A model generated the notes under the pieces. That model did no database searches. It was not told where the DNA came from and saw only the letters and a program-made list of their open reading frames with translations. A DNA stretch of 63,421 nt, the filler included, from Craspedostauros australis (Eukaryota): assembly GCA_030167865.1 (NCBI GenBank). It is 5 parts of 5 records of this genome, joined end to end, with 100 filler letters (N's around TTAATTAATTAA, not from the genome) between each part and the next. Parts side by side here need not be neighbours in the genome. Positions count along the whole stretch, not along the records: positions 1 to 27,899 come from JALAGF010002767.1; 4 more parts are not named here. The stretch is one strand, 5' to 3'. Within the stretch, counting starts at the first letter, position 1, and every line of letters starts with the position of its first letter. Shown here piece after piece: positions 1-13,356 of this stretch. Both the position numbers and the translations under genes were made by a program.

Positions 1-2637
1 TGAGGGAAGAGAGCCCCTCGTTTCCGACATGTCGCTCACATTGCGCACCACAAACAAGAAGTTGACGCAATCATGCCTGATAATCAATGATCACGAGTTC
101 AACTCGTCTCGCATGGCACATAGCCATGGCCCAACTCTTCTGTGGACGACGAATGCCGGCAGCTTCCTGTGCTCGTTCGGTCCAGATGATGTGCTGACGT
201 TTCCCCAACCAGGCTGAGCGAAAAGAGAACTTCTCCCCATTCGTGTGAGTCAGACTCGAGATGACAAGTGATCGGGCAACGTGCGGGAATGACCTGCTCC
301 CACATCAGTGACTACGAAAGCAACGTGAAGGCCGATGCGATCTGCATCATCGTTCGCGCTGGTGGACGCTCACTGTGTCATTTTGAGTCATGTGACGCCA
401 CTAACCTTGCGTGTTATCTGCGCAGTCAAACAATTAATCGCATGGATCGTGGTGTGGACTCACATGACGACTCCTCATGCATTGTGACGTCATAGAAGGC
501 ATAGTTGTTCCGCCATCTCCTGTTGCTGTAGGACAAAACACTCGTTCTCATCAAGATGAAGAAATCGCTTTCGGGCATTTGGACAGCCAAGCCGCCCTGT
601 GTATCAATCATCGTACTGGCGAATACCGCTTCGAAGTTCACGCCAACTCCATCCACCTTCTCTTCCTATCGCCCTTGCCTCAGTTTGCAAACGGAACATG
701 TCATGTCACATTCGGCGAGCGGGATGTGTCTGCTCGCACTCGCAGGCTATTCTGGTCAGAACATACGTGCTTCCTGTACCACAGAGTACGCGCGAGGCGT
801 TGCCCTCTACCTGCGTTCGTGGTTGCGCTCACTGTTTCCGCTGTTGAAGCAAGACTGCACATTGAAGATCAAGCCCAGAAAGCGCGTACCTGGGCGATTG
901 GCCTCGCCACCGATGGTGGCAACATGCCCAAAGACACCCAGCCAACAATTGATGGCGCAGGCGCGGGCTAAGCCCCGTCGAGCTGTCCTGCACTGGGCAA
1001 TCAATGGCAACAGAAGTAGCTCCTAGTGTTCATAGCCTCTCCCACGGGACGTCGATCACACGTCTACAGTAGTACCTTTGCGTGTTGTGATGCCAAGCGC
1101 ACGGACTAAATGGACTACTAAGGCAGTCCCATTGGAAAACGACGCCGAAAACGTATTTACCGCGGTTCCCGTGGCCGAACGTCTGCAATTTATGTCATAG
1201 GAGCTGCTGTACGTGTGTTTGAATTTGCGTGTAATACGTCTCAGAGCGTGTGGGGAAGGCAGCCTCTTGCAGACGTGGAGGGAAGTTCTGGTTAATGGAC
1301 AAATAGAGCGCCATCGAATGCGTGTTCGCTGCGATGGAAACGACCGCGCGGAACGAGAAATTGGCACAGATCGTGTGGGATGAGCGCGAGGAGATGTGCA
1401 ACGCTGCAAAGAAAGCACAGAGCAACTGTGTGCATCGCATCGCATCGCATCCTATCGTGACGCGACTTGACGTAGCGTGGTGTGTCATTTAAGCTCTACT
1501 CGTGTGTACGGCAACGCGCCGTGGCTATTTTTCCCGCCAACACGAAGGGCGATTCTGGCCAAGCAACCTTTCGTTTGTGGAGAAAACACGCCGGAGCATC
1601 CATGGGTTGCACAATCCACATCCATCGCCACAGGCACGACCAGGGGAGTGAAAGACGCAACGAAAGACACAACGAAAGACACAACGAGGCACAACAAGCC
1701 GACGAGCAGCCACTCTCGCTCTCGCTCTTGTTGTTGTTGTCGCGACTGGTTTCACTGTTGTTTTCGCTCCAGCTTGCGGCGCAAACACATCAACAGGTGA
1801 TCCACTTCCATCGCAACGCGTGGAACATCACAAAGCACACGTCCCCACCAGCTCGTACCATAGATCGCATACCATCGTGAACAGGTCATACTCATCCAAC
1901 ACAATACTACTACATGTCGAGACAACACCTTCATCCTTGACGACGGCAACACCAAAAGTAACAGCAACACACAGACCATCGCTGGCATCATCTTCGGCAT
2001 CATCCTCTGGGCAGAATCGCGATTCTGTCTTGTGTTGATCCCTCTTCGTGTTTTGACCGTTTCTTGACTTCGGGTTGTGTCACTTCGAAGTTGTCGGTGT
2101 CAATCTTCAACACTTGCAGACCCCTCTGTGTTGGTGGGTCGTACGGCAACCGGTGCCATCCAAGTTGCTGCATAGATCGTGCCACCAAAGACGCACAAGA
2201 AGAGACCACACTTCAGCGAGCGTTCACTGCGAAGGGAAGCAAGGAAACGCAATGCGAGAGGAGCACTGGATCCACACAAGAGAAAGCACATAAAAACAAT
2301 CAAACGAAACCAACCAAACCAAACCAAACAGGCCAGAGCAACTCAGCAATCAACCACACAAGTATACTACTATAGGTAAGTATCGACTAACGTTCCCGCT
2401 CCGGGTGGAGAGGGTCATCACTGACATCAGCATGAAGGAGGGCCGCCTTCTGCCTCATGACTCCGGAAACTCAGCGAAGAGCAGTGAACTCCAAAGGGCG
2501 CTCGGAAGTGGCGTCTGCCAAGAAGCAGGTTTGCAAAGGCAGCCTCCCGCTAAAACTCCAGGCTGTCTTGGCTTACCTTCTTCGCCGCACGTTTCTGTCT
2601 CGGAGCTGTCTCCGTTGGGTGCGAGCTCTGCCTCTTC

Positions 2638-2708
2638 GATTGTCTCTTCGATTGTCTTGTTGATTGTCTCTTTGACTGTCTCTTTGATTGTCTCGTTGAT
2701 TGTCTCTT
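2638..2708. repeat. 12-bp minisatellite, about 6 imperfect copies of GATTGTCTCTTN
   Basis: Read directly; it accounts for the ETIN/ETIK/ETIE pattern in overlapping ORFs. Confidence 0.85.
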
Positions 2709-3173
2709 TTCCTCCGTGTCTGACTCTCTCAACTCCCCATTCCTGCTCAACCCATCTCATCTCAACCCACTCGTTCATACTCCGCGTACATTTGTGCATC
2801 CCTTTTCGTGTCCCTGTCCGCGCTCCTCTCTTGCATCTGTGATTCGGTTCCATTTCAGAAGTCCACTCTCGTGTAGTACCGTGCCCACGCTCGCACAATC
2901 GCCACGCAGCAAGCCAAACGCGCAAACGACTCCTCTGCTCAACCAGTAGTAGTACCACGCTTCACTTACACTCCACGGCAGTATCACGGTGCGAGCAAAG
3001 AGGACAACTTCAACAACCTCCATAATCTCGCAAGCAGCAGCCCTTCATCCTTTGTCTGATCACGATCGCCACGAGGAGGTAGCACGGCCAAGACGTCCGT
3101 CCACACTCAAGAGTATACAAGCCACACAAGGCATACAATCCAAGCACAACCCAAGCACAATCCAGGCACAAAC

Positions 3174-4271
3174 ATGAGAATCATTAAGGGAGACCTGATC
3201 GAGATGGCCCTGAGCGGCCGCTTCGATGTCATCATCCACGGTTGCAACTGCTTCCACACGATGGGGGCTGGCGTCGCCAACACCATCAGGGTGGTCTTCC
3301 CCGAGGCCTACACCGCAGACTGCCACTCGAAGTTCGCCTGCAGGGACAAGCTTGGAACCTACACTCACGCAAATGTCAACGACGGGGACCTGGTCGTCGT
3401 CAATGGCTACACCCAGTACGACTACAGAGTCCACGTTGACAACATCGGACGCAAGTACCGCAATGTAGACTACCACGCAGTGCGATGCCTCTTCGCGCAA
3501 CTCAAGCACGACTTTGCAGGCAAGCGGATCGGGTACCCCAAGATCGGCGCTGGTCTGGCCGGTGGGGACTGGAGGCACATCGCCCAGATCATCGACAGCG
3601 AGCTGCGGGGGGAAGATCACACGCTCGTGGTGTACCAGCCAGCCCCTCCCGTCTCCCCGGCGCCGTTCGCAGGCCGCGATGTCTACAGAACGAACCAGGC
3701 CATGCGATACGAGCACTTTCAGAAGGAGCAATCTCGCCAGCAGTTCCTGCATAGCCAACAACGACAGTACATTGAACTGCAACGTAACAACCAATTCCGT
3801 CGTTCGTCGGGCAGTCTTGGTCCGCCTTCGCCGCACGTCAATCCGTACCGTCGCAGATCAGCGCCTGCCGTCCAGGCCGATCACCTCGATCCCGCCCTCC
3901 TGTGTTCCAACCGCAGCAGAACGAAGGATGAAGGCGGTGGCAGCAACAGCGACAGCGATGGCAGCCAACATGGGGTCAACGGACCAGCCCATCCGCGTCA
4001 TGCAGAGCCGCACCATCATCATCGCAACAGAAGTAACAGCAACAGCGACAACAACAACGACAGCGCCCATTCAGCGCCAACACGGGACAGCATGGATATC
4101 TCTCCTCGCGGTCACGACGAGTACAATGAGAAGCGATGGCCAAACAACCAAGACGATGCCAACCTTCCTTATTCGCCGACTTCAGTCGCCAGTGGAAGAC
4201 ATCGCCTCCATCCTCAGAACAGCAACAACGCCCATCATCGCGTTCACCAGCACCAACAAGATGGAGAGTAA
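3174..4271 (+). CDS. Macrodomain protein (Poa1p/TARG1/DarG/T4 Tk.4-like ADP-ribosylhydrolase class), aa 1-155, plus a Q/N/H/S-rich disordered tail
   Basis: Intronless 365-aa ORF with motifs IIKGDL, IIHGCNCFHTMGAGVA, VVNGYTQY, VDYHAVRCLF, IGYPKIGAGLAGGDW and IIDSEL, typical of small phage/bacterial macrodomains. Confidence 0.88.
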   Translation: MRIIKGDLIEMALSGRFDVIIHGCNCFHTMGAGVANTIRVVFPEAYTADCHSKFACRDKLGTYTHANVNDGDLVVVNGYTQYDYRVHVDNIGRKYRNVDYHAVRCLFAQLKHDFAGKRIGYPKIGAGLAGGDWRHIAQIIDSELRGEDHTLVVYQPAPPVSPAPFAGRDVYRTNQAMRYEHFQKEQSRQQFLHSQQRQYIELQRNNQFRRSSGSLGPPSPHVNPYRRRSAPAVQADHLDPALLCSNRSRTKDEGGGSNSDSDGSQHGVNGPAHPRHAEPHHHHRNRSNSNSDNNNDSAHSAPTRDSMDISPRGHDEYNEKRWPNNQDDANLPYSPTSVASGRHRLHPQNSNNAHHRVHQHQQDGE

Positions 4272-4999
4272 AGTTGAGTTTGGAAAGTACACGCCCCATA
4301 GGCTCACACGCTCCACTACAAGTACAGGCACAGACGCAGTTGCAGATTCATAAAAGGTATTATACGAATGGAACGGCTGTGCTCGTGCTCCATAATTCAC
4401 TCCAATAGAATACTAGTACAACCCTGTTGCCTTGCGCTCTGGTGCCTAATCATACACAATATCTAATATAGTACCATTGCCTACGAACTGTGCTACATGC
4501 ACCATGGGCTTGCCGTGTGCTGGGCCGGAATGACACGTTGGTACGGACGCGTCTCCATGGGCAGAGTGGAGTGGAGCAGACTAGAGTATGGCGTGGATCA
4601 GTTGGAGCATGCTCTGCAGGACCTGCGCGTGTACTTGGAGGGAGTGCTCTACACTCCTTTGCTGCATTCACATCGTGCCCTTTAGTTCCTATCCTATAAT
4701 ACATTACTACTATAATGTAATGCAATGTAATGTAATACAATACCACTATACTCTCTTGATTTGACACCAGCGACCTAATGTCTGCCTTCGTGTCTGGATG
4801 AGGCATTCGCAATAACATCGCGTCATGAAGTCGTGGCCCACCAGGACTCCAGGCATACTTCAACTCAAACACGCAGCCGCGGCAAGTCTCAACCAGAGCA
4901 CTCGACTCCAGAGCATCTGTTTCTGAATTGAGGAACATAGAGAGTCAGTGTGCTAGTCGTATAGTACTCATGCAACAGAACCATTTGCTCTACTCTACT

Positions 5000-7900
5000 C
5001 TACACATTAGCGGATTGAGTGACGTTGTCGGTATCATTGGTGTTGTCAGGTGCATTCGATTGCCCGCTCTTCCGGCTGGACTTGCTGCTCCTGCTGGATC
5101 GGACCGGGACGTCATTCTCCCATCGGCCGTCATGGCGCACGGAGCCATCGTGTCTCGTCTCGCGGCCACGACCGTGCGCCTTGCCGTGATGCCACTCGCC
5201 TTGGTAGAGCCTGCCATCCGCCCATCGGCACTGTGGTGAAGGAAAGACGGAAGCAACCGAGTGGCAGATTCATCAATGATACGTTTTGTTTGAAGAGAGG
5301 CATTGTGCACAAGGACAATGAGCGATGGGGAGATGGCACGATGAGAAAGGATGAAGGAGATGGTACGATCAGACGTGGATGATACCACACAAGGAATGTT
5401 GGCACAGTGTCGCGTGAGTGCTTGGATGAAGGCATCGCAGCTCAGACAAACGTACAAGTGCGCTCTCTGGATTGGTATGACGCCACACAAACAGAAAAAG
5501 GGAAACAAAGAAACTTCGCCGAAGACACCCAAAACTGCTTGAAAAGTCGCAGACGTGAATGCAAGTGCAGAGCGCGAGCATCGCGGTCCGCACAGGTATT
5601 GTTGTCGGTATCCATCCTGTCCCGTTCCATTCCATCACGCATAATGCTCAGATGCCACGGATGTCGCAAATGGCCAGCCATAATGCTCACTGTCGGCAGG
5701 CAGCGGAGAAGAGTAGAGCATTGGCATGTGCGGTACATGCAGTACTCGCGCGCTCGTCTGATCAACAACTCACCTCTCCAAACCCATGGTACTTTCCCTT
5801 CTGCCATTCTCCTGTGTACTTGCTGCCATCTCGGAAGGTGTACGAGCCTTGTCCATGACGGAGTCCCTTGTGGAATTCCCCTTCGTACTTGGCTCCGTCA
5901 GGCCATGTGTATTTGCCTTCACCTTGGCGTTGGTCCATGTGGAATTGACCGGCGTAGACTGAGTGTGTGATATGGTGCAATGTGATTGATGCAGCGTTGC
6001 GTTGGGTCGTGGGTCAGGCGGTGGCGTATCATGGTCGCAGAAGGTCAGGATTCGTCAACAGCAGAGGGAGATGGAATCGAATTGGATGTGCACGTTTTTG
6101 TGCCATGGCGGACATGCAGAATGTCATTCGAACAGAGACGAGAGGTCCCAAACATCAGTTCAGTCGTGAATTGTGTTGTTGCCCGTGCCCGTGCCAGTGT
6201 CGTTGGCAAAGATCGCCACGCGGATGTGAACAAATGAGAGAGAGAGGGAGAGAGCAGTGTGTCGCAGCGGGTGAGCGAACCTTGCGACGCCAACACAAGA
6301 GGAGAGCGAAGATCACAGATACTGACCGACCAGTGATGCTTCACGATTCAATTTGTGATGTCAAAGATTCCAAAGATCTGCAACCAAACAATGTCACGAT
6401 TCAACTCCCATCACAAAATCGAGGCATCGGTCTCTGTGACAGTTCTTGTCCGCTCCAACCTCATTCCACAAACATCCCCAAGTGCCACAAGCGCACCAAG
6501 CGTGCACCAAGCATCCCAGGCTCCATCCATACCATCAGCGCCACCCACATAATCGCATGGAGTAGCACATGTCACATCGCATCACACCGCTTCATATCGC
6601 TCGATACAAATTGCAGGCGAGCGATGCAAGCAATAGAGCAGTCGTCGTACTCGTACTCCACCAATGTCACGTACCTCTCCCGTCCTTCCATTTGTACACG
6701 CCGTGGCCATGGCGCTGATCCTGGTGGTATTCACCCTGGAAGACGTCACCGTTGGAGAACATGGCGGATCCTTGCCCGTGCCAGTGGCCATGCTGCCAGT
6801 TGCCGGAGTACACTCTGCCATCGGAGTAGCACATGGTGCCCTTGCCCTGCGGCAGCTTCGTGCTCGTCAAGATTTGTCCATCAAACTCTCCCTGATCGCC
6901 GTACGGGTCGACGATCCACTTCTTCTTTGCCATTTCAACTGCGGTGGATGACGAAGAAGACGCAGAAGATATCCCCACCGGCGCTAATGACGATGATGTT
7001 GATGACGACGAGGCGCTGACCGCATCGTTATTTGGGAATGCTTGGGAGCGCGGGATCGCGTCCGATGGCGGATCCATGGCGCCCGTGCCAGGACCTGCGC
7101 GGTTGGGGTTGGATTGGGCGTTGCTGGACAGGGGCATGTTGGAGGCGGATGCCATACTCACGTTGCTCTGCTGGCTTGCGTCTGAGGCTTGGCGCAAGTT
7201 GAGCTTGTCCGGCCTTTCGCCTGCAGACAGCAACGACGAAGCCGTCTGCTGCTGCTGCTGCTGCTGAGAGTGGTTCTGGGGTGCGGCGCCCGTCGCGTGC
7301 GTGTTCCTGATGACCATCGTTTCCTGAGATGGCATCGAAAGGCTGGGACCACCGGAGTCGCTCCACAGCAGATGGCTGCTGCCATCGACGGACTCGGCTT
7401 GAGACACGCTCGACATCAGTTGGATACCATTCGGGTTGGAGGCATACATTTGCTGCTGCTGCATGGACATCATCGACGCTTGGCCACCCGCCATGGATGT
7501 CTGCATCAGTTGATGCAACACGGAGTCCACTCGATTTCGGAGGTTGTCGATTTGCTCCTGCCGGACGTTGGAACTGGCGGATGCGGAGTCGCTGTCAGGA
7601 TCATTTGACGCATTTCCCGTTGCTGCGGAGGGCGTGCTGTTCCTGGCATCTATCTGACCGCGGGCGTTGCCAAGTTTGGCATTGCTCGGCGATGATGCTG
7701 ACGGTAGCGGATCGCCTTGCGAGGACGGCATGTTTGAAGTGATGGGAAGGATCCGGTGGCCCTGTGACTGTCTCCGAAAGCGATGGTGGGTGTTCTGGAG
7801 GTGCAGACTTCGATCTTCGTCGTGCTGCTGCTGCTGCTGCTGACGACGATGCTGATGGCGGCTGTCACGTTGCGGACGCTGATGGCCGTTGTGTGCGACA

Positions 7901-10900
7901 AGCTGCAATGCCGTTTCCGCTCTGCTCACGCCGGTGTCTTTGACAATACCCTTGCCGGTGCCTTCCGAAATTGACGGGAGTTTGGACTGCAAGCCGCGGT
8001 ACCGCTGGTGCGCTGATTGCTTGTGCTGGTCGGGACTGCGTGACCCAATGTCGTTCTGATTGGTTGCGTAGCCGCGGCTGTGGTTGCTGGTGCCGATGAC
8101 AACGACCAACGGATCCAATGGCTCCAGAGATTCCAATGACCTGACGGATGGTGCGTCGCTGCTATCGTTGATGACAAAACGGTTCTGTGCTGAATCGTCG
8201 TTGAAGGTCCGGTCTGGATTGCTGCTGATTGGCTTGCTGATGGGTGCCGGAGCGTAGTCGTACGAGTTTGTATGTTGGCTGTCAAGGTGTTGTCTGTTGT
8301 GGCTGAGGGTTTGAACGTGGAGATGATCAATGTGATTCCCTTCAGCGACTAAGTTTGTGTTCGACGTTTCAGGTTGAGGCCTGTCTTGAATCCAAGCAAA
8401 TGGCTGCTCGTCGTACTCCTCACGTTCGTGGTGTCGGCTGTGCTCAGACGGTTGTTGGTATTCTTGCTCTTGTTGCTGCTGCTGTCGGTACTGCTGTTGC
8501 TGGTCTTGTTGATGATAATGCTGTTGTTGCGGTTGGTGGCGCTGGTAGTGATCGTAGCTACTGGTGTGATGGTGGATGCTGGTCGGTTCGTACTCTTGCT
8601 GCTGCTGCTGGTGCTGGTGCTGACGATGCCAATCGGGACGTTGCTGCCGTGCGTGTCCTGGAAAACCCAATCGATCAAATGAAGTTGGAGTTTCTCTCTT
8701 GGGCCTGCCGACGTACTCGCTGCCACTTCTTTGTGCGTTCGAACCAAGGTGTGCCTGTTCGGAAGCGTTTGTAGCAGAGTTCTCCTCCACGAATTCTGTA
8801 TGGCTTCTTCTCGTGGCACGACCACCGGTCCAGTCGTTGGGATGGTGTGCTGCCGACTTGTTGTGGAGTTGTGTCACAAAGTGAGCTGGATCGTTGATAC
8901 TGTTATGAATGTCGCGAGCGCTGAAGTGGCCCACGTGTTGGATGTCGCCGCCTCCGTGATGCCTGTATTGGTTGTCGTATTGGTTGTCGTATTGGTTATT
9001 GTATTGGCTGTGGCTGTGGCTGCGACCTTGTTGGTTGCCTTGTTGGTTACCTTGTTGCTTGGCGTCGTAAGCGTTGTTGTAGTCGCTGCTTTCACCGCCG
9101 TTGTGGTTGTGACCGATATCGCTGGTCACAACTTGATGCGCGTCGTCTTCGCGGCTGTCCCAAACGTGACGTACTTGAGTGTGTGGAGGGGAGGCTGGCT
9201 GCGTGCGTTCCTCGATGTTGATCGGATCAACGGGATGGTATGCTTGATAAGGTTGATATGCTTGATACGAATCGTCGGAGGAGTTGTGGTGAGGGTATTT
9301 TCCAGTATAGTCGTAGTTGGAGCCGTAGTCGTCGTTGTGTGGTATAGGTATGGGTGCATCAACTCTGTCGTTCTCTTGCAGTTGTCTGCTAGTAGGATGA
9401 GTGTGCCGATCCTCTCTTTCGTCTTGTGAAGATAGCTGTGGATGCTGGTGGTATTCTAATGAATGTTGCTGTTGCTGTTGCTGTTGTTGCTGTTGCTGTG
9501 GCTGTTGAATGGCCAATCGCCTGTTCTTGTGATGATCCTGAAGCTTCAGCGAGGCTCTGTACTCCTGAACGCGTCGTCTGCGAGCGAACAGATCGGTGCC
9601 TTTGGCAACAGTTGGAGCTGCTGCAGTGCTCGCGTTTGGCTCACCGTCGGCGATGCCAGTTCCGTTTGCGCTTGCGTCGATTGGAGAACTCCTGTCCGCG
9701 CGCAGTGCTTGGCTATCTTCAGTTGATTGGTGATCGGTCGGAAGCTCTGTCTGGTTGGTCTTCGAAGTAGTGGCGTCTGTCCAGTTTATGACCTCTGGCG
9801 CCGCTCTCTCGTCTCCCTGTTGCTGTTGCTGCTGCTGCTGCGTTGACTGCTGTTGTGAGTGTCGGCGATGTTGTGGATGAATATTCACTTGACGTCCGTG
9901 GTCATGCAGGCGATGATCTGAGGATGGGGGAGCGTCATGAATAGCGGGATGAAGTGCAGCAGTGGAATGGTCGTACGGAGGATGCTGTTGCAGACCCTGC
10001 TGTGGATGCTGGTCACCTCCAAACATGCCACTGTTCGCGCCATTGTGCCCATCGACATCGCCGCTATCACAATCACCGCCAAACGCTTCGCGTCTTGATG
10101 TGTTTGTTCGTGTGCCTCGTCCGGCGGGATTCGGTTGTGGGGCACGTTGTTCCATAGTTTGAGTCGAATCAGTCGCATCACATCCAAACGCATCATTTCG
10201 CTCCGTCCCAATCGTGTTTCGTTGTTCGCCAATCTCTCTGGAGATTCGTAGCTGTTCCGAGAGCAGAAATGCGAGACGGTCGGCACCTGCTGTGGATCTT
10301 GTGGATGCTGTTGCGTTCGATGCTGCGGCATCGGATCGTGCTGGTTCGGATACTTCGAAGAGGTTGTGGGCATGCATCGATGTCGAAGTTGCTGATGTCG
10401 GAGATGTTGGGAATGGAGGCGATGTGGAGGCAGATCGTGGTTCGGTTCTTGATGGCGACATGATCTGTGGTGTGAGATGGTCTGCTGTCGTGATTGGTGG
10501 TTGTGCTGCCTGCGTTGGTGGTTGTGCTTGGCTTGGTGTCAACATCAGCTCACTTTCTGTGTTTGGATCCTCGGGCTCCAACTGGCTCCGTGTAACAAAC
10601 TCAGACATTGCAAGTCGTTCAGCGTCATTCCATCGTTTCGGTTGGCCTGGCTCTTCCGAGTTCTGTTGCGCTTGTGATTGCTGTTGTGCTTGTGGCGCCG
10701 TGAGCGTTTCGTGTCCTGAGGCTTCGGTTGATGTCATTGCCTTCGGTGCTGCGCTGGACTTTGAGCTTGACTTCGAGTCGGACTTGGGCTTTGATTTGTG
10801 CCTGCTTTCGGATCTCGTCACGCTTTTGGAATCTGGCTTCACTGCGACTGTGGAGGCGTCATCTGACGAAGACTGCGAGGATGACGGTTTCAATCCAGCG

Positions 10901-13356
10901 TCAACATCACCATCGTTGTCGTCGTTGTTGCTGTTGCCATCATCCTTCTCCTCTGTCAAGTCAATCAGTTCTCGTCCTTCTTTCACTTCCACGTTGATGT
11001 TCAACTTAACGTTGACGTTCGCATCATCGCGCCCCTTCCCCGAGTGCGTCTTGGCCACCGCAGGTTCTGTTGCAACGTCCACTTCACCCAAATTAGCCTC
11101 GGCCGCACACTGAGCATTGTCCGCTTCATTAATATCAGATCCTTCATGGTTGGATCTCTTGCGGTCGATGCCTTGCCCTTTGGATTTATGGCGGTTGGTC
11201 GGCTGCCGAGTCTCATTCATTTCAACCTTGGTGTCAGCTTCGTTTTGGTCACGTTTGCCTTCTGCGTCAGTCATGTTCACCTTGCGATCCAAGTCTGAAC
11301 TGTTCACAGCACTTCCACGAGCATCCTTGGCTCTCCTCTTGCTCTTTCTTCGGTCGGCACCCCTGCCTCCCTTCGTCTTGCTTTCTGTTTTGGATACGGC
11401 TGCTGCTGCTGCTGCCCCTGCTGCCGCTGTTTCTCTTCCTTGAGCTTCTGCCTTGTCTTTGGTTTCGGCATTCGTGTTTGTCTTTCTGGATGATTTGGTT
11501 CCGTGGGCGTGGCTTGCATGCTCGTGCGAATCACCGCGATCGTTGCCCGGAGTGGATGATGCCACGTTGCGACTCTTGCGTGACTTGCCCTTGGATCTTT
11601 TCGACTTCGCCTTCTTCAGTTTCTTCTTTTCCTTGATCAGGTTGGATCTGTGGGTGATTAATCCGGCTCCTTCGTCGCGATCCTCGTCATGGGTTGCATT
11701 CGTACCCTGCTGGTCATGTCCATACGGACCATGGGGCCGGCTCCGATCGCCTGTCTCGTACCGCATGGGCGCAGTTTGGGATTTCGACGCCATGGGCAGT
11801 GCCTGCGCACAGTCGTACCCCGCCTGCACGCAACCGTTGGGCTTGCGATGTTCGTGCTGCTTCGATCTCGTCTGCGCCATGCGTTCTCGTCTTGTTCTGT
11901 GCCGACCGCTCGTGCCGGCGTGCCTCGTTCGTGCAGCCGAATCATGGTGGGAGTGTTGCGCATCCTGCTTCCTGCCGCACGGCTCGTCCATCACGCTCTG
12001 CACTATGGTGGTGGGGGATAGCAGATCGTCCAAGGAGTGATGGTCCCCGCAGTCCGTGTGGCATGCCACGCAGTCCAACGACTCGCTCGCTTCGTCCGCC
12101 ATCATCGACGCCGTCGCGGAATGGTGGTCCTGCGGCTCACCGGTCTGGTCAGGCCTGGGGCACTTGATCTTCTGCCATTGGGTCGTCACGTTGGATTGGA
12201 GGGATTGGTAGGCACCGTACGTCTTTGCGGACTGGTAATGCACCTCCTCCAGGGTCTGCTGCCCCAGCTCCTCCAGATGGGCGGACAGTTCGTGATGCCC
12301 GCCATCGATGTCGTACAGGGTGCGAAGATCCAGTTCCTGCTGCCGTCTCAGCAACTGCTCCTGACGTTGTCGTTCGGCGTATTCGGCCGCTTTGGCACGT
12401 TCGGCAGCCAGCGTCTCCGCCTCGATCTCCTCCAGCAGCCGCTCATGATCGACCACGTCGGCAGCATGTGGATCGGCGGTGAGGACGCGCGGGGTGATCT
12501 GCGATGGCAGCAGCATGCAAGCGAAGGAGAACGGTACCGTGACGGTGCCGCCCGCTGTAGGATCGTCTCCACGATTGTCGGCAGGTGCGCATGCGGGGGC
12601 CGGTGGAAAGAGGCAATCCTGCGCGACGCTTGATTTGGCAATGGTGGATGCCGCGGCGATGCAAAGCGATGAGAAGTTGATGTCATCATTCGCATGGTGA
12701 TGCTCCAGTTGTGCTGTTGGCCTGGCCAGCGCTTTGGTATTGCCACTGCAGGTGGCGGTAGGAGTGACAGTATTGGTTTCCGTATTGTCTGTGGTGGGTG
12801 GTTCTTCGTCTTGCTGAGCAAGGTTTGCCGTGGGGATTGGTGGCGTGCCTGATGCTTGGCTCGTCCGTGCCGCTATGGCCGCAGCCATTGCAGCGATGGC
12901 CGAAGCGTTGGAGGTCGCAAACTGTTCAGCCGAGGCAGCAACAGGAAGGCAGCTGCTGGCGTGCTCCTGCAATTTCTGATCGATGATTTCGTCTTGCGCA
13001 TCGTCATGAAAGGTCGGTGGTGACAGCGCAGCGATCGGTACATCGGGTTGGTCGCGGACGGGCTTTGCAGTCATGCTGAATGACGATGGCGACGATGGGC
13101 TGGACATGGTGGAATCGTTCGAATTGCGATGACGTTGTGCGGTGCTGGTGGTTGTAGATGTGGTTGTGGTTGTGGTGGCACAGTCCAGTTGCTGGATCGG
13201 GACGGCAACGGAAGACCGATCCGATGGGTCTCGATTTGATGGTTGCACCAACTGATTTGAATTGCGATAGTTGCCGGTGTTGATATTGTTGCTGTTGCGT
13301 CTGTTGTTGCTGTTGCTGGCGGTGTTGCGATTGCGACTGTGCAAGGTTTTCACCAT
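5000..13356 (-). CDS. Giant MORN-repeat protein (about 2,300 aa): long Q/H/S-rich disordered region and C-terminal MORN repeats; 3 exons
   Basis: Exons 13356-6675 (first ATG; the ATG at 13107 is an alternative start), 5958-5774 and 5230-5000. Introns 6674-5959 (GTACGT..CAG, phase 1) and 5773-5231 (GTGAGT..CAG, phase 0). Splicing gives continuous MORN repeats (YSGNWQHGHWHGQG, KWKDGR|VYAGQF, YHGFGE|CRWADGRLYQGEWHHGKAHG) ending at TAG 5000. Confidence 0.85.

Noticed and set aside
1..1030. Possible spliced minus-strand gene (exon about 670-463 ending at a GTGAGT donor, exon about 213-74) and overlapping plus-strand ORFs
   Set aside because: A phase-consistent join is possible, but there is no recognisable domain or start, so it cannot be supported.
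2405..2958. ORFs with ETIN/ETIK/ETIE or SLIV repeats
   Set aside because: Explained by a stop-free 12-bp minisatellite.
5967..7019. 350-aa plus-strand ORF
   Set aside because: Antisense to the MORN gene's intron and exon; no protein-like features.
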